Shown: piece after piece, positions 18,857-32,000 of the stretch
How the letters are laid out: each line of letters opens with the position of its first letter
How positions within the stretch are numbered: the stretch's first letter is position 1
Assembly (NCBI GenBank): GCA_022482735.1
Contig: JAKVOO010000001.1
Location: 1,222,837-1,286,836, forward strand
DNA: 64,000 bases
Direction: 5' to 3'
Source: Bacilli bacterium
GTDB taxonomy: Bacteria; Bacillota_I; Bacilli_A; RFN20; CAG-826
Made by a program: the position numbers and the translations under genes
The notes under the pieces: generated by a model
What the model was told of the DNA's origin: nothing
The model's database searches: none
What the model saw: the letters and a program-made list of their open reading frames with translations, nothing else

Positions 18857-19534
18857 ATGAAGAAAGGTAAAAAGTATCAAGCGGTTGCGGCTCTTGTTGA
18901 TGCGACGAAGCTTTACGAAATTGCGGATGCAGTTGAACTCGTTAAAAAGACTTCTACCACCAAATTTGACAGTACCGTTGATGTTTCTTTCCGTTTAAAC
19001 ATTGATCCCCGTCAAGCGGATCAACAAATTCGGGGTACGTTAGTGCTCCCCCATGGCAATGGCAAAACCAAAAAAGTTTTAGTCATTACCAACACCAAAC
19101 TTGACGAAGCAAAAGAATCTGGCGCCGATTTCTTCGGTGGCAAGGAAATGCTCGACAAGATTAAAAATGAGAATTGGTTTGCTTTTGATACAATCATCGC
19201 TACCCCCGACATGATGGGCGAAATTGGAAAATTGGGCCGGGTTCTTGGACCTAAAGGCTTGATGCCAAACCCTAAAGCCGGAACCGTTACGATGGATGTT
19301 GCAAAAGCCGTTGCGGAGGTTAAAGCCGGAAAGATTGAATATCGTCTCGACAAGGAAGCCAATATGCATGTTTCCTTTGGCCGGGTTTCATTTTCCGCTA
19401 ATGATCTCGCTGACAACCTAAACGCTATTTGCGAGCGGATAGTTCATGTCCGTCCGTCAAGCGTAAAGGGAGTCTACATTAAGAACGCTGTCATCCATAC
19501 GACCATGGGACCAGCCTATCCATATTACTTTTAA
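18857..19534 (+). CDS. rplA: 50S ribosomal protein L1
   Basis: Conserved L1 sequence. Confidence 0.95.
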   Translation: MKKGKKYQAVAALVDATKLYEIADAVELVKKTSTTKFDSTVDVSFRLNIDPRQADQQIRGTLVLPHGNGKTKKVLVITNTKLDEAKESGADFFGGKEMLDKIKNENWFAFDTIIATPDMMGEIGKLGRVLGPKGLMPNPKAGTVTMDVAKAVAEVKAGKIEYRLDKEANMHVSFGRVSFSANDLADNLNAICERIVHVRPSSVKGVYIKNAVIHTTMGPAYPYYF

Positions 19535-19715
19535 TGGTCGCTAATTAAGTTTCGAAAGCATTCAATATACCAAAGACAGCAACGGCTAGATTAAAGCTTA
19601 ATAATGTTGCCGAGGTGTAGGATAAAGATTATTCTCGAAAACTCTCAGTTAGAGAGTTACTCATGGATATTGGAAGCCTCAGAAAATACAAAAATTTTTT
19701 ACAGGAGGTGGAACT
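19535..19715 (+). promoter_or_regulatory. Long rplJ 5' leader (candidate L10 autoregulatory leader)
   Basis: 181-nt untranslated gap between rplA and rplJ, the usual location of the L10(L12)4-binding leader in Firmicutes. Confidence 0.35.
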
Positions 19716-20204
19716 ATGAATCAGAGCGCTTTGCAAGCGAAGGAAGCGGTAGTTAAGGAAGTCGTTGAATCGGCCAAAAACGCCAAATCAGTTCTTATCT
19801 GCGAATATCGCGGATTGACTGTGGCGGAATTAACTGAACTTCGTCGGTTGCTCAAAAAAGAGAATGCGAAGTTGGCGGTTTATAAGAATTCATTGGTCGA
19901 ACGTGCGGCTGCTGAACTCGGATATACAAGCCTTAATCCATTGCTCGAAGGGCCTAATGCTATCATATTTGCAGATGATGCAATTTCTGGAGCAAAAGTC
20001 CTTACCAAATACGCGAAGGCCAACGATAAGTTGGTTGTCAAAGGTGGAATCGTTGAAGGTTCTTTACTTGATGGCAAGCAATTGGTTACTTTATCAAAGT
20101 TGCCAGGACGCGACGGCCTAATTTCTATGTTCTTGTCGGTGCTGAACGCACCAATCCGGCAATTTGCGGCTACAATTAAGGCCGTTGCCGATGCCCAAAA
20201 CTAA
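19716..20204 (+). CDS. rplJ: 50S ribosomal protein L10
   Basis: Conserved L10 sequence. Confidence 0.95.
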   Translation: MNQSALQAKEAVVKEVVESAKNAKSVLICEYRGLTVAELTELRRLLKKENAKLAVYKNSLVERAAAELGYTSLNPLLEGPNAIIFADDAISGAKVLTKYAKANDKLVVKGGIVEGSLLDGKQLVTLSKLPGRDGLISMFLSVLNAPIRQFAATIKAVADAQN

Positions 20205-20225
20205 TACCATCAGGAGGAAAAAAAC

Positions 20226-20603
20226 ATGGCAAAGTTAACAAAAGAAGAGATTATTGCCTCTCTTAAAGAGATGAGCGTTCTCGAACTCAATGATTTAGTC
20301 AAAGCTGTTGAAGAAGAATTTGGTGTTTCCGCCGCCGCTCCAGTCGCTGCGGCTGCTGCTGCTCCAGCTGAAGAAGAAGCGGCTAAGGGACCATCCGAAG
20401 TTTCGTTATTCGTTAAGGCAGTCGGCCCAACGAAGGTTCAAGTCATCAAAGCTGTCCAAGCCATTACTGGTCTCGGACTTATGGATGCCAAGAAGTTAGT
20501 TGACAAGGCTCCAGTCGCTATCAAAGAAAAGATTTCTCCAGTTGAAGCCGAAGAACACAAGAAAGCTCTTGTTGAAGCCGGTGCTGAAGTCGAAATCAAA
20601 TAA
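20226..20603 (+). CDS. rplL: 50S ribosomal protein L7/L12
   Basis: Ala-rich hinge, conserved C-terminal domain. Confidence 0.95.
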   Translation: MAKLTKEEIIASLKEMSVLELNDLVKAVEEEFGVSAAAPVAAAAAAPAEEEAAKGPSEVSLFVKAVGPTKVQVIKAVQAITGLGLMDAKKLVDKAPVAIKEKISPVEAEEHKKALVEAGAEVEIK

Positions 20604-20676
20604 GTTAGCTAGAGTCTAGACGTTAAAACTCGCTTACCAATAGGCGGGTTTTTCGCGCTTTTAGGGGGGTGAGAAT

Positions 20677-21291
20677 GTGAGCCATTATTTTACCAGTGAC
20701 GATGGTGTTAAAAGCCAGCCACATCTGATTGAATATACGATATCCAACCACACTTTCTCCCTTATTAGTGACTATGGCGTTTTTAGTCAAGGCAAGTTAG
20801 ATCGAGGAAGTGAGGCGCTGCTTAAGCACCTCATTTCCATTAATCTAAGCGGAACAATTCTTGATCTCGGAGCTGGGATTGGAGTAATTGGAATTACCTT
20901 GAAAACATTTTTCCCCGAACTAAAGGTGATCATGCTCGAAATTAATGAACGAGCGATTAAAATGGCGAAGGAAAATATTAGACGCGACAATTTATCGGAT
21001 ATCGAAGTTCGAACTAGCGACGTTTGCTCAGCTCTTAGGGAGAACGAAAAATTTGTTGCCGTTGTAACCAATCCCCCAATTCGTGCCGGAAAAACTACCG
21101 TCTACAGAATGTTCAAGGAAGGTTACGACCATCTATTTGATGGCGGTTCGCTCTTCTTCGTAATGCGAAAAAGCCATGGCGCACCTAGCGCCCAGAAGTT
21201 TGTGGCAGAGTTGTTTGGTAATTGTGAACTAGTGAAGCGAGATCACGGTTACTATATCTTCCATGCAGTACGAAATAACGAGCAAAAATAA
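20677..21291 (+). CDS. Class I SAM-dependent methyltransferase (YbxB/RsmC-like small rRNA methyltransferase)
   Basis: 204 aa. GTG start. DLGAGIG SAM motif and NPP motif. Conserved position between rplL and rpoB as in Bacillus ybxB. Confidence 0.8.
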   Translation: MSHYFTSDDGVKSQPHLIEYTISNHTFSLISDYGVFSQGKLDRGSEALLKHLISINLSGTILDLGAGIGVIGITLKTFFPELKVIMLEINERAIKMAKENIRRDNLSDIEVRTSDVCSALRENEKFVAVVTNPPIRAGKTTVYRMFKEGYDHLFDGGSLFFVMRKSHGAPSAQKFVAELFGNCELVKRDHGYYIFHAVRNNEQK

Positions 21292-21311
21292 CAAGCAAAG
21301 CGAGGCCATTT

Positions 21312-24300
21312 ATGTCTAACAACTTCAATTTACCTAAAAAAACTTTGACCAATCACCGGATTGATTTTTCGAAAATCTCCGGCACTCTATCTCTTCCTTA
21401 TTTGGTGGAAATCCAAACGGATTCCTTCAAGTGGTTCTTAAGTGAAGGAATCGAAGAGGTCTTAAAAGATGTATTTCCGATTAATAACTACGCGGACAAT
21501 TTAGTCATCGAGTATGTCGGATGTCATTTTGAAGAACCAAAATATGACTATTTAGAATGCAAAACCCGGGATTTTACCTACAGTGCTCCTTTAAAAGTTA
21601 AACTTCGTCTACGGTTTAAAGAAACCGGCGAAATTAAAGAGAGCGATGTCTTTATGGGCGATTTCCCGTTAATGACCGATTCGGGCACTTTTATTGTCAA
21701 TGGTGCTGAACGCGTTATCGTGAGCCAACTTGTGCGCTCACCCGGCGCCTATATGTCAAAGACAATGGATAAGTCTGGAAAATGGATTTTTGAAGGCGAC
21801 CTTATTCCGACCAGAGGAACTTGGCTCGAATTTGAAAGTGACGCTAAAGATATTCTCAACGTTCGAATTGACCGGCAAAGAAAGATGTTTGCCTCGATCT
21901 TCCTTAAGGCACTCGGTCTTACGGATGATGAGAAAACATTGGAACTTTTTGATTCCCATCCGGCCAAAAAATCTCGTAAAAAGAAAGCTGATGAAAAAGG
22001 AGATGACGAATTATCTCCATTGGAACTTACTTTACGCAAGGATGCGGAAACGCGGAGTTCAAATCAAGCTCTTTTTGAAATTTTCCGGAAACTTAAGCCG
22101 GGAGAACCCTCGACCGAAGAAGGAATTGCTAATTTTATCGTGCAGAAGTTCTTCGATCACAAACGCTATGATTTAGGCCGGGCTGGACGTTATAAATTTG
22201 CCAAGAAATTAGGCATTTACAACCGCTTAACGGATATGATTTTAGCGGAAAATCTCGTCAGTGCCGATGGAGAGATTGTTTTTCCGGCCGAAACCTTATT
22301 AACTAAGGAAATAGTCGAGGATTTACAAGCTCAAAAATTCTTTGAGAAAGGTGCTCACGTTGAGCACATTTCCATCAATCAATCCCTTGACTCACATGAT
22401 GCGGTTAACGTGGTTAGAGTTTATACCAATGATAAAAAAGAGAAAATCGTCTCTATTGTAGGAACAGATTTAACTCTTACTGATCAGTGTGTGACAATTC
22501 CAGATATGATTGCTACTTTTTCTTATTTTATGAATATTCAATTTGGCATCGGCCAAACGGATGATATCGACCACCTTGGCAATCGTCGTGTGCGCTGTGT
22601 CGGAGAATTAATTCAAAATCAATTTCGCATTGGACTTTCAAAAATGGCTAAAGCGGTTAAAGAAAAAATGTCCATCAGTGAAATCGATTCAGTAACCCCG
22701 CAATCATTAGTTAATATTCGTCCATTAACGGCGAGCATTAAAGAATTCTTTGCCAGTTCACAACTTTCGCAGTTTATGGATCAAACTAATCCACTCGCGG
22801 AATTAACGAATAAACGGCGGTTATCGGCTTTAGGACCAGGCGGTCTTACAAGAGATCGCGCCAGTTTTGAGGTTCGTGACGTTCACTATTCACATTATGG
22901 TCGTATTTGCCCGATTGAAACCCCAGAAGGTCAAAACATCGGTCTTATTAATAACCTTGCTTGTTATGCGAAGGTTAATAAGTATGGTTTCCTTGAAACT
23001 CCATATCGGAAAGTGGAAAGAGGAACTGGAAAAGTTCTCGATCGTAGTGAGTACTTATCCGCTGATCAGGAACGCGAATTTGTTATTGCCCAAGCCAATG
23101 TTAAGTTGGATGCGAATAACATTATTATTGATGAAAATGTCGTGGCTCGTCACGATGGTGAAAATATAGTTGTATCTCCAACTAAAATCGATTATATCGA
23201 CGTTTCTCCTAAACAAATTGTCTCGATTGCGGCAGCGTGTATTCCTTTCCTTGAAAACGATGATGCAATGCGGGCTCTTATGGGTGCAAACATGCAACGT
23301 CAGGCTCTACCATTATTAAGACCACACGCGCCTTTTGTTGGCACGGGTATGGAAGCGAAGATTGCGCATGACAGTGGGTCTTCAGTCGTAGCCAAAGCCG
23401 ATGGCGTTGTCACTTACGTTGATTCACGGAAGATTATCGTTGATGAAAATGGTACGAAGAAGGTTTACCTACTTCAAAAATATGCTCGTAGTAACCAAGG
23501 AACCTGTTTCAATCAAAAACCGATAGTCAATATTGGCCAAGTAATTAAGACCGGTGACGTTATCGCCGATGGACCAGCAATGGAAAATGGCGATTTGGCT
23601 CTTGGACAAAATGTCACGATTGCCTTTATGACTTGGAATGGATATAACTACGAAGATGCGGTTATCATGAGCGAAAGACTTGTGAAAGATGACGTCTACA
23701 CGTCTATTCATATCGAAGAATACGATGTCAAATGCCGGGAAACTAAACTTGGCAAAGAAGAAATTACCCGCGATATTCCAAACGTGGGCGAAGATGCCAA
23801 AAAGTACCTTGATGAGCGTGGCATTATTGTTCCGGGAGCGGAGGTCAAAGAAGGCGACATTATCGTTGGCAAGACCACACCAAAGGGACAAAGTGAGCCT
23901 TCACCGGTTGAAAAATTAATGATGGCAATTGCTTCAGATAAGGCTAAAGAAGGAAAAGACACCTCCCTTCGAGTTCCGCATGGCGGAGCTGGAACGGTTG
24001 TCGATGTGAAAATATTCACCCGCAAATCTGGAGATGAATTACCTCCAGGCGTCGACCAAGTTGTTCGTGTTTATATTGCTCAAAAACGGAAGATTTCCGA
24101 AGGCGATAAGATGAGCGGACGACATGGTAATAAGGGCGTTATTTCACGCATTCTACCAGAAGAAGATATGCCATTCTTACCGGACGGAACTCCAGTCGAT
24201 ATTATGTTGAATCCACTTGGCGTTCCTTCACGGATGAACATTGGTCAGATTTTGGAAATTCACTTAGGTATGGCCTGCAAGCGTTTAGGAATTAAAATTG

Positions 24301-24938
24301 CAACCCCTGTTTTTGACGGGATGAGCAATGAGGAAATTTTTGCGCTTATGAATGAGGCTGGGCTTCCAAAGGATGGAAAGACCATTCTTTATGATGGCCG
24401 TACAGGTGAACGTTTTGATGAACGAATCAGTGTCGGCGTTATGTATATGATTAAATTAGTACACATGGTTGATGATAAACTACATGCTCGGGCGACCGGA
24501 CCATATAGCCTTGTCACTCAACAACCACTTGGTGGTAAAGCACAAAATGGTGGTCAAAGATTTGGTGAAATGGAAGTTTGGGCGCTTGAAGCTTATGGGG
24601 CGGCTCATACTCTCCAAGAAATTCTTACTATCAAGTCGGATGACCGCGTGGGTCGTCGTCGGGCCTATGAATCAATCATTAAGGGTCGGCCGCTTCCTCA
24701 ACCAGGAATTCCAGAATCTTTCAAGGTTCTAACCAAAGAATTCCAAGGACTTGCGCTTGATGTTCAATTGCTTGACTCGGATGGTAGTTCCATCGATCTC
24801 AATCAAATTGCCAAAGACAATATCGAAGAGGAAAGACGTATTCGTCGTTCAATCCGCGATAAAGACGAAGGTGATGATCAAGAAGAGATTGTCGTGGATG
24901 AAACGGAATTAACGTCTACCATTGCAGACGGAGAATAA
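21312..24938 (+). CDS. rpoB: DNA-directed RNA polymerase subunit beta
   Basis: 1208-aa uninterrupted ORF with hallmark RpoB motifs. Confidence 0.98.
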   Translation: MSNNFNLPKKTLTNHRIDFSKISGTLSLPYLVEIQTDSFKWFLSEGIEEVLKDVFPINNYADNLVIEYVGCHFEEPKYDYLECKTRDFTYSAPLKVKLRLRFKETGEIKESDVFMGDFPLMTDSGTFIVNGAERVIVSQLVRSPGAYMSKTMDKSGKWIFEGDLIPTRGTWLEFESDAKDILNVRIDRQRKMFASIFLKALGLTDDEKTLELFDSHPAKKSRKKKADEKGDDELSPLELTLRKDAETRSSNQALFEIFRKLKPGEPSTEEGIANFIVQKFFDHKRYDLGRAGRYKFAKKLGIYNRLTDMILAENLVSADGEIVFPAETLLTKEIVEDLQAQKFFEKGAHVEHISINQSLDSHDAVNVVRVYTNDKKEKIVSIVGTDLTLTDQCVTIPDMIATFSYFMNIQFGIGQTDDIDHLGNRRVRCVGELIQNQFRIGLSKMAKAVKEKMSISEIDSVTPQSLVNIRPLTASIKEFFASSQLSQFMDQTNPLAELTNKRRLSALGPGGLTRDRASFEVRDVHYSHYGRICPIETPEGQNIGLINNLACYAKVNKYGFLETPYRKVERGTGKVLDRSEYLSADQEREFVIAQANVKLDANNIIIDENVVARHDGENIVVSPTKIDYIDVSPKQIVSIAAACIPFLENDDAMRALMGANMQRQALPLLRPHAPFVGTGMEAKIAHDSGSSVVAKADGVVTYVDSRKIIVDENGTKKVYLLQKYARSNQGTCFNQKPIVNIGQVIKTGDVIADGPAMENGDLALGQNVTIAFMTWNGYNYEDAVIMSERLVKDDVYTSIHIEEYDVKCRETKLGKEEITRDIPNVGEDAKKYLDERGIIVPGAEVKEGDIIVGKTTPKGQSEPSPVEKLMMAIASDKAKEGKDTSLRVPHGGAGTVVDVKIFTRKSGDELPPGVDQVVRVYIAQKRKISEGDKMSGRHGNKGVISRILPEEDMPFLPDGTPVDIMLNPLGVPSRMNIGQILEIHLGMACKRLGIKIATPVFDGMSNEEIFALMNEAGLPKDGKTILYDGRTGERFDERISVGVMYMIKLVHMVDDKLHARATGPYSLVTQQPLGGKAQNGGQRFGEMEVWALEAYGAAHTLQEILTIKSDDRVGRRRAYESIIKGRPLPQPGIPESFKVLTKEFQGLALDVQLLDSDGSSIDLNQIAKDNIEEERRIRRSIRDKDEGDDQEEIVVDETELTSTIADGE

Positions 24939-24953
24939 AAGGAGGAATGAAAA

Positions 24954-27900
24954 ATGTTTGATGTAAATCGCCTGGCGGCTATGAAAGTGGGCCTGGCCTC
25001 CCCCGAAAAAATCCGTTCCTGGTCCCATGGTGAAGTAAAAAAACCTGAGACCATTAACTACCGGTCCCAAAAACCGGAAATGGAAGGCTTATTTTGCGAG
25101 CGCATTTTTGGTCCTAGCAAGGACTATGAGTGTCACTGTGGAAAATATAAGCGTTCACGCAATCGTAACATCGTTTGCGAAAAGTGTGGCGTTGAGGTTA
25201 TTTCGAGCGAAGTGCGGCGGGAAAGAATGGGGCATATTGAACTTGCTTCACCCTGCTCCCACATTTGGTATTTAAAAGGAATTCCATCGCGAATGGGATT
25301 AATTCTTGATGTGTCTCCCAAACAATTAGAGGAAGTTATCTATTTTGCTGGACACATTTGTCTAAGCCCAGGAACATCTAAGGTTCTTTATTACAAGGAA
25401 TATCTAGATGAGAAGGTTGCTCGTGATGTCTTTAAACTCACGATTCAGGAATTCAAGGATACGCTTCCCGAGGGTTCCTATGAAGCCGCTCAAGCTGAAG
25501 AGATTGTTGCTAAAATGGAAAACGTTGCGCAACCATTCGACTTTTATACGGTTTCCAAATTTATTTCTAAATATACGGGAGCCGAATTTGGCGAAGGTGC
25601 GGAAGCTATTAAGCGTCTTTTGAAAGAGATTGATCTTGATAAGGAATTTAATGGCATCACGGAATCGCTTAAAAACTCCACTGGACAACGGCGGCAAAAA
25701 GATGTTAAACGTCTTGAAGTTATCGAAGCTTTCCGTAATTCAGAGAATCGTCCCGAATGGATGATTTTAGACGTCATTCCGGTAATTCCACCAGATTTAC
25801 GTCCGATGCTTCAACTTGATGGCGGTCGGTTTGCAACTAGCGACTTAAATGATTTATATCGTCGGGTTATTACCCGTAACAACCGGCTTAAGAAACTAAT
25901 TGAAATGAATGCGCCTAGCGTCATTCTTATGAATGAAAAGCGGATGCTTCAAGAAGCGGTTGATGCTTTAATTGATAACGGACGGAGAAATAAACCGGTT
26001 ACTGGTAGTGGCGGTCGGCCTTTAAAATCTCTTTCCAGTGCCTTAAAAGGTAAACAAGGTCGTTTCCGGCAGAATCTTCTTGGTAAACGGGTCGACTATT
26101 CAGGACGTTCAGTTATTGCCGTTGGTCCAAGTTTGAAGATGTATCAATGCGGAATACCAGTCGAAATGGCAATTCAGCTATTCCGTCCTTTCATCGCCAG
26201 TGTTTTAATTAGCGAAGGCAAGGCCAACGGACATCGAAATGCGGATAAATTAATCGATAAATATGACGAGTCTGTTTTCGATATTATCGAGCGCATTATC
26301 GGCGAACACCCCGTTTTACTAAACCGGGCGCCAACGCTTCACCGTTTAGGTATTCAAGCTTTCCAACCAGTTTTAGTTCAGGGAAGGGCAATTCGTCTTC
26401 ACCCTCTAGTTTGTACTGGTTTTAATGCGGACTTTGATGGCGACCAAATGGCGGTTCACGTTCCTTTGGGAAAGGCTGCTCAAGAAGAAGCATTAGATCT
26501 TATGTTGGCTAGCAACAACATTCTTGGTCCGAAAGATGGCCGACCAATTGTTACTCCTTCTCAAGATATGGTCATCGGTAACTATTACCTTACGACCGAA
26601 GAAGATAAAGAAGAATTTAGCAAGCGGGCTGAAGATGATCGGGCTCGTGGTGACGAAGAAGAAGCCGCACTCTACGACATGTATGCCGCAAGTGAAGGCA
26701 AGGTTTTTAAATCAATTGAAGAGGTGCTTTTAGCCTATCAGACTAAGCAAGTGCATCTTCATAACCGGATTGCCATTCCAGGTGCAGCCTTGAAGAAAAA
26801 GGGCTTTACTGTCGAAATGAACAACTCCTATATGTTGACGACGGTTGGAAAGATTATTTTTAACTTAATTTTCCCGGCTGATTTCCCTTATGTCAATGAG
26901 CCTACGAAAGAAAATTTGGAGAATGATTTAATTAAATTCTTTGTTCCTAGAGGAACGGACATTAAATCGGCAATTGCTTCAACTTCTCTACGCTCGCCAG
27001 TCAAAAAAGGTGATATTTCAAAAATTATCGATAGTGTTTTCCATCGCTATGGAACTTCAAAGACATCCGCTGTGCTTGATAAAATCAAGGATCAGGGATT
27101 CCGCTTTTCTACAGTGGCAGGACTCACGGTTGGTATTGCGGATATTCGTCTTGTTGAGGGCAAAAATCAAATTATTGCCAATGGCGATTCGCAGGTGGCT
27201 AAGATTAACCATGCGTTTGCCAAGGGTCTGCTTACCGAAACGGAACGTCATGCCCACGTTATTGAAACATGGCAAGATGTATCGGATAAAGTCAAGGACG
27301 CTTTAACCGTTCAGTTTGATGCTGACAAGCATAATCCGCTCTTTATGATGAAGGATTCTGGAGCTCGTGGTAACATTTCGAACTTCTTGCAACTTGAAGG
27401 TATGCGGGGACTTATGAGTTCACCAAACGGTGATACGATTGAACTTCCAATTAAATCTTGTTTCCGGGAAGGAATCTCCGTTTCTGAGTTCTTCATCGCC
27501 TCGCACGGTTCTCGTAAGGGTGGTGCGGATACGGCGTTAAAAACTGCCGACTCAGGATACTTAACCCGTAGACTTGTCGACGTGGCGCAAGATGTCATCG
27601 TCCGTGAGGATGATTGCCATTCCGATCACGGATTTGTCGTTACGGAAATCAGTGAGACAAAACAAGGTCAAAAATCAGTTATTGTTTCCCTTGCCGATCG
27701 GCTTATTGGCCGGTATGCGGTTCGGGATATTGTTGATCCCGAAACGGGCGAATTGCTCGTTAAAGGTAATACATTGATTAACGAGGATGATGCCAAACGA
27801 GTTGGTAACTCTAATGTTAAATCAGTTGAGATTCGTTCATTGTTTGGTTGTGAAACCAAGGATGGAGTCTGCCGCCACTGCTATGGTCGTAACTTAGCAA

Positions 27901-28808
27901 CGGGCAAAGAAGTTGAGATTGGCGATGCTGTTGGCGTTATGGCTGCCCAATCTATCGGTGAGCCTGGTACTCAATTAACGATGCGTACCTTCCATACTGG
28001 TGGTGTTGCCGGTGGCGAAGACGTTACGCAGGGTCTACCTCGGGTTCAGGAATTATTTGAAGCCCGTAATCCAAAAGGTGAAGCGGTTATTTCAGAAATT
28101 TCCGGTTTTATATCAGGAGTTTCGGAGAGCAATGGACGCTTTACGATTGAAGTTAAAAACGATCTTGAAAGCAAGACCTATCTTACTAACTACGGAGCTC
28201 GTTTACGGGTGAGTATGAATCAGGAAGTCAAGAATGGTGAACGGCTAACCGAAGGAACAATTTCACCGAAGAAGTTACTCGAAGTTAGCGATATTACAGC
28301 GGTCGAAAACTATATTCTAAATGAAGTTCAAAAGGTTTATCGGGTTTCGGCAGCGGTCAACATTTCGGACAAGCACATTGAAGTCATCATTCGGCAAATG
28401 TTGCGCAAAGTTGTTGTCGTTGACGGTGGCGATACGGAGTTATTACCGGGAATGCGCGTTAACGTTATTCGCTTTACCGATATTAATGAGCAGGCGCTTA
28501 ACGAGGGCAAACGGCCAGCAGTTGCTCGACCATTGATTCTTGGAATTACCAAGGCGGCCTTGGAGACGGAAAGTTTCCTCTCGGCAGCTTCCTTCCAGGA
28601 GACAACGCGAGTTCTTACCGATGCTGCAATCAAGGGCAAGATTGATCCTCTCCATGGCTTGAAGGAAAATGTCATCACTGGCAAACTTATTCCAGCGGGT
28701 CGAGGCATGCTTACCCGTGAGGAAGAAACAGGGATGCTTGATGCCTTTGAAGTTCGTGAAAAGATGGAAGAGGTTGATGACCATTATAAAAGCGATTACG
28801 ATAAGTAA
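24954..28808 (+). CDS. rpoC: DNA-directed RNA polymerase subunit beta'
   Basis: 1284 aa. Zn finger CHCGKYKR...CEKCG and the NADFDGD catalytic motif. Confidence 0.98.
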   Translation: MFDVNRLAAMKVGLASPEKIRSWSHGEVKKPETINYRSQKPEMEGLFCERIFGPSKDYECHCGKYKRSRNRNIVCEKCGVEVISSEVRRERMGHIELASPCSHIWYLKGIPSRMGLILDVSPKQLEEVIYFAGHICLSPGTSKVLYYKEYLDEKVARDVFKLTIQEFKDTLPEGSYEAAQAEEIVAKMENVAQPFDFYTVSKFISKYTGAEFGEGAEAIKRLLKEIDLDKEFNGITESLKNSTGQRRQKDVKRLEVIEAFRNSENRPEWMILDVIPVIPPDLRPMLQLDGGRFATSDLNDLYRRVITRNNRLKKLIEMNAPSVILMNEKRMLQEAVDALIDNGRRNKPVTGSGGRPLKSLSSALKGKQGRFRQNLLGKRVDYSGRSVIAVGPSLKMYQCGIPVEMAIQLFRPFIASVLISEGKANGHRNADKLIDKYDESVFDIIERIIGEHPVLLNRAPTLHRLGIQAFQPVLVQGRAIRLHPLVCTGFNADFDGDQMAVHVPLGKAAQEEALDLMLASNNILGPKDGRPIVTPSQDMVIGNYYLTTEEDKEEFSKRAEDDRARGDEEEAALYDMYAASEGKVFKSIEEVLLAYQTKQVHLHNRIAIPGAALKKKGFTVEMNNSYMLTTVGKIIFNLIFPADFPYVNEPTKENLENDLIKFFVPRGTDIKSAIASTSLRSPVKKGDISKIIDSVFHRYGTSKTSAVLDKIKDQGFRFSTVAGLTVGIADIRLVEGKNQIIANGDSQVAKINHAFAKGLLTETERHAHVIETWQDVSDKVKDALTVQFDADKHNPLFMMKDSGARGNISNFLQLEGMRGLMSSPNGDTIELPIKSCFREGISVSEFFIASHGSRKGGADTALKTADSGYLTRRLVDVAQDVIVREDDCHSDHGFVVTEISETKQGQKSVIVSLADRLIGRYAVRDIVDPETGELLVKGNTLINEDDAKRVGNSNVKSVEIRSLFGCETKDGVCRHCYGRNLATGKEVEIGDAVGVMAAQSIGEPGTQLTMRTFHTGGVAGGEDVTQGLPRVQELFEARNPKGEAVISEISGFISGVSESNGRFTIEVKNDLESKTYLTNYGARLRVSMNQEVKNGERLTEGTISPKKLLEVSDITAVENYILNEVQKVYRVSAAVNISDKHIEVIIRQMLRKVVVVDGGDTELLPGMRVNVIRFTDINEQALNEGKRPAVARPLILGITKAALETESFLSAASFQETTRVLTDAAIKGKIDPLHGLKENVITGKLIPAGRGMLTREEETGMLDAFEVREKMEEVDDHYKSDYDK

Positions 28809-28820
28809 TCCGTAAGATAG

Positions 28821-28851
28821 ACCCACCTAAAATTTTAGGTGGGTTTTTTTG
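28821..28851 (+). terminator. Rho-independent terminator after rpoC
   Basis: Perfect palindrome acccacctaaaattttaggtgggt plus T7. Confidence 0.85.
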
Positions 28852-28886
28852 TTCTATTTTCTAAAAAATTATATAATATATTTATT

Positions 28887-30203
28887 ATGGTCAAATCGCA
28901 CATTCCTTTTAAAATAGAGATGACAAATTCGCTTTTAAGAGCCTTAAAAGAATACTTTATTTTGCTCTTAAGTGGTTTGGTGTTTTTTATGTTTATGCCC
29001 GATATTTTTCCTGCCGCTTTTTTATTATTGGTTATGCTGTCCCTTATTATGAAACTTAGTGGATCAAAGAATTTTTTTATTCGATTGGATCCACTTTTTA
29101 TTGGATCAATTATGATGCTTTTTTTCTTTTTTACGGGAAGGGGCAGCGCAAGTGAAATCAGCATATACCGTGGAGGATTGATCGTAACTTTTTGGCTGGC
29201 GGGGATCTTTTTTATTCTCTTATCAATTGGTTTTCATTTTTTGAATCCCAAGACCATAGAGCGTATCTTTCCCCGAAAGATTCGCCAAGCTTTAAAGTTA
29301 TTTTTGCTTATAGGAGGATTAGTTATATTGGTCTTTACTCAGTTAAATACTCCTTCCCTGCTCAACTGGCCATTATTATCGCTAACCATAATTGGAGGGG
29401 CAATGGCAGTTATCAGTAAATTTAAGACAAAATGGAAACCAACGGTATTTCGAGGGCTTTCCATTGCGCTTTTCTTTTTACTTTTACTTTTTGGTCTTGT
29501 CGAAGCAATCGGTAATCGCTCTATTTTGGATTTACCGCAAATTGTTGAAACTTCTTTTTCTTTTAATACTTATCAATCATCTTTCTTCTTACTTATAAAG
29601 CCGTTGAGTTTTCTTCATTTTGACTTGACTAGCATCTTAGTTATTTTGCCGGTGACATTGGTATATTTTTTAAATAGTTTTGATTTAGCAGAAAAGGCAG
29701 GCGAGGGCCAAGAGATGAATTCGCAGTCGTTATTAGTAACGATGATATTAAGTCTTTTTGCTTTTTCACCGATTGCTATTTTAAGTAAAGAGAAAGCCGA
29801 TTTTCAAATAAGAAAAAGGGTACTGATTTTGACCTATACAATCATTATGCTTTTAACCATAGTCATTACCCCCCTAATTTTGGGAATACTTAAAACTTTC
29901 AGCCTTAATGTATTTATCGTTTTAGCCTCCTTTGGATTGATATTAGTTGCTTGGCAATTGATTTTTAAAGCACCGTTTGCCATAAATCTATCTTCTAATA
30001 GAACTAAGAAATATTTATTAATAGGGATATTTTTATTAGAAATATTAACATTGCTCTTCGATTTGATTTACTGCGATCGTTTTGGACATTTTATTCTTTT
30101 TTGGCCTGATTTTTATGCTCCTAGTTTTATTCCAATAACTGTCATTTTGCTGCTTGTGCAATTGTTTTGGCCGACGGAAAAAAAGAAACCGCTTTCACGA
30201 TAA
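28887..30203 (+). CDS. Polytopic membrane protein, function unknown (≥10 predicted TM helices)
   Basis: Highly hydrophobic ORF. Start chosen at the first ATG after the rpoC terminator (ORF track 28839 spans the terminator). Confidence 0.5.
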   Translation: MVKSHIPFKIEMTNSLLRALKEYFILLLSGLVFFMFMPDIFPAAFLLLVMLSLIMKLSGSKNFFIRLDPLFIGSIMMLFFFFTGRGSASEISIYRGGLIVTFWLAGIFFILLSIGFHFLNPKTIERIFPRKIRQALKLFLLIGGLVILVFTQLNTPSLLNWPLLSLTIIGGAMAVISKFKTKWKPTVFRGLSIALFFLLLLFGLVEAIGNRSILDLPQIVETSFSFNTYQSSFFLLIKPLSFLHFDLTSILVILPVTLVYFLNSFDLAEKAGEGQEMNSQSLLVTMILSLFAFSPIAILSKEKADFQIRKRVLILTYTIIMLLTIVITPLILGILKTFSLNVFIVLASFGLILVAWQLIFKAPFAINLSSNRTKKYLLIGIFLLEILTLLFDLIYCDRFGHFILFWPDFYAPSFIPITVILLLVQLFWPTEKKKPLSR

Positions 30204-30275
30204 GCAAAGACAGTTTTTGATTGCCCTCAATGACACTTAGGAATAACGTAAGCATACATGAAAAGAGGATATAGT

Positions 30276-31937
30276 ATGAAAAAAATTCGTTTATTAATTC
30301 CCGTAGCCTCGGCCTTATTGATCGTTGGCTGCGCAAATGGAGGAGGAAGCAGTGAAGTAACTTCTGGCGGATCAAATACCAGTGTTAGTGAAAGTACAAC
30401 CAGTGAATCGACGCCTTCGTCTGAAGCGTCTAGTTCAATTGAAATTGTCAATCACCCGGATACTCCAAGCAATTATTATCAACTGAACTCAACCGAGTAT
30501 TTGGCCGGTTCTACTCACTATGATGTCCGCACCTCGGATGGGTATGTGGATATGCCTTCAACGGGGGACCAAAAATTATTGGTGATCCCGGTCGAATTCA
30601 CAGATGCTCCAGCATCGAGTTTAGCGGGAGGAGCCGAACAAATTCGTTCCTATATCCACGATACTTTCTTTGGAGAAACGGGAACAACCAGTTGGTATTC
30701 CTTGGCTGAATACTATTCAGTCTCAAGTTTTAATCATTTAAATTTTAGCGGTGAAGTTACCAATTGGTGGAATTGTGGCTTAAGCAAATCAGAAGCCGCT
30801 GCTGGGGGAACGGCTAATGTCCACAATATCGTCAATAGTGCGGTTGCGTGGTATAAGAGTGTCAACGGAGAAGAATCCACTAAACAATATGATACAGATG
30901 GCGACGGCTATGTTGATGCTGTTTATCTAATCTATAGTGCCAGTATTTATGGCGATGCCACGACATCCGATGACGATTTCTATTGGGCTTATGTGACCTG
31001 GACCGATAATAATCCAAATGTTGCTTCGCCAGTTCCTTTCAACTTTATGTGGGCAAGTTGGCAGTTTATGTTTGAGGCGGAATACAAAAGTTCCTCCGGA
31101 ACATGGAACTACTCAAGCATTGCTAGTGGCACTGCCAAAGTTGATGCGCATACCTTTATCCATGAGACAGGGCATTTAATGGGCTTAGAAGATTACTATA
31201 CCTACGATGATCCAACCGTCGATTATGAGGCTTTAGGCGGTCTTGATATGATGGATTATAACATTGGCGATCACAACATTTGGTCGAAATGGATTCTTGG
31301 TTGGGCGGATCCTATCGTTGTTACGGACTCGACATCGCTCACTTTAGAGCCTTCAAATCTTAACGGTCAATTTGTTCTTCTTGCACCAAGTTACAAGAAT
31401 CAAGTTTACGGAGAATACATTTTACTTGAGTTCTATGCACCAACAATTTTAAATGAAAAAGATGCAGTCAATAGATATGCTGGCTATTATCCACTTAATT
31501 ATAGTGAATATGGTGTTAAGATTTATCATGTTGATGCACGGATTGCGGAGTATTCATATTCGGTCAGTGGCAACAATGTCACCTTCACCTTAATTGATTA
31601 TGTCGATGCTATCGGTGAAAGCAATTATTATCAAGGCTTGGCGCACTACAATACGAAGAGCTATTCTATGAATCCGGCTTTCAAACTTATTTCGATTATG
31701 GAACCGGGAGATCGTGGAACTTTAAAAACAAAAATTCGCCAACAAGGTTCTTCTGATCGGACATTAGGCTATTATAATTTAGCATCCAATAGTTTCCTTT
31801 TCCAAGAAGGAGACACCTTCGGATACGATTCATTTGCAAATTATAAATTAGATAGTGGCGATCAACTTGGCTTCCGTTTTGCGATTACTTCCTTAACCGA
31901 GGAAGGGGTAAACATAAGCTTTGACAAATTAGCCTAG
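30276..31937 (+). CDS. Lipoprotein zinc metalloprotease, M6/M7-like (HExxHxxGxxD), paralog 1
   Basis: Signal peptide plus lipobox LLIVGCANG. S/T-rich linker. Motif FIHETGHLMGLEDYYTYD. AAGAGG RBS before ATG 30276; an alternative ATG lies at 30258. Confidence 0.8.
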   Translation: MKKIRLLIPVASALLIVGCANGGGSSEVTSGGSNTSVSESTTSESTPSSEASSSIEIVNHPDTPSNYYQLNSTEYLAGSTHYDVRTSDGYVDMPSTGDQKLLVIPVEFTDAPASSLAGGAEQIRSYIHDTFFGETGTTSWYSLAEYYSVSSFNHLNFSGEVTNWWNCGLSKSEAAAGGTANVHNIVNSAVAWYKSVNGEESTKQYDTDGDGYVDAVYLIYSASIYGDATTSDDDFYWAYVTWTDNNPNVASPVPFNFMWASWQFMFEAEYKSSSGTWNYSSIASGTAKVDAHTFIHETGHLMGLEDYYTYDDPTVDYEALGGLDMMDYNIGDHNIWSKWILGWADPIVVTDSTSLTLEPSNLNGQFVLLAPSYKNQVYGEYILLEFYAPTILNEKDAVNRYAGYYPLNYSEYGVKIYHVDARIAEYSYSVSGNNVTFTLIDYVDAIGESNYYQGLAHYNTKSYSMNPAFKLISIMEPGDRGTLKTKIRQQGSSDRTLGYYNLASNSFLFQEGDTFGYDSFANYKLDSGDQLGFRFAITSLTEEGVNISFDKLA

Positions 31938-32000
31938 TATACATTAAACTAGAATACCGGTCATCTCTTGGCCGGTATTTTTTAAAGGAGAGCATTCAAT

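Noticed and set aside
20604-20676. Possible attenuator/terminator between rplL and the methyltransferase gene
   Set aside because: A T-rich tract follows GGCGGG, but I could not identify a convincing complementary stem, so it was not called.
21312-28808. Numerous 60-150-aa ORFs on the opposite strand and in alternative frames inside rpoB/rpoC (e.g. 21730..22176, 23469..23891, 28337..28708)
   Set aside because: They are fully embedded in long, strongly conserved genes, have no RBS, and are low-complexity translations. They are typical antisense/shadow ORFs.
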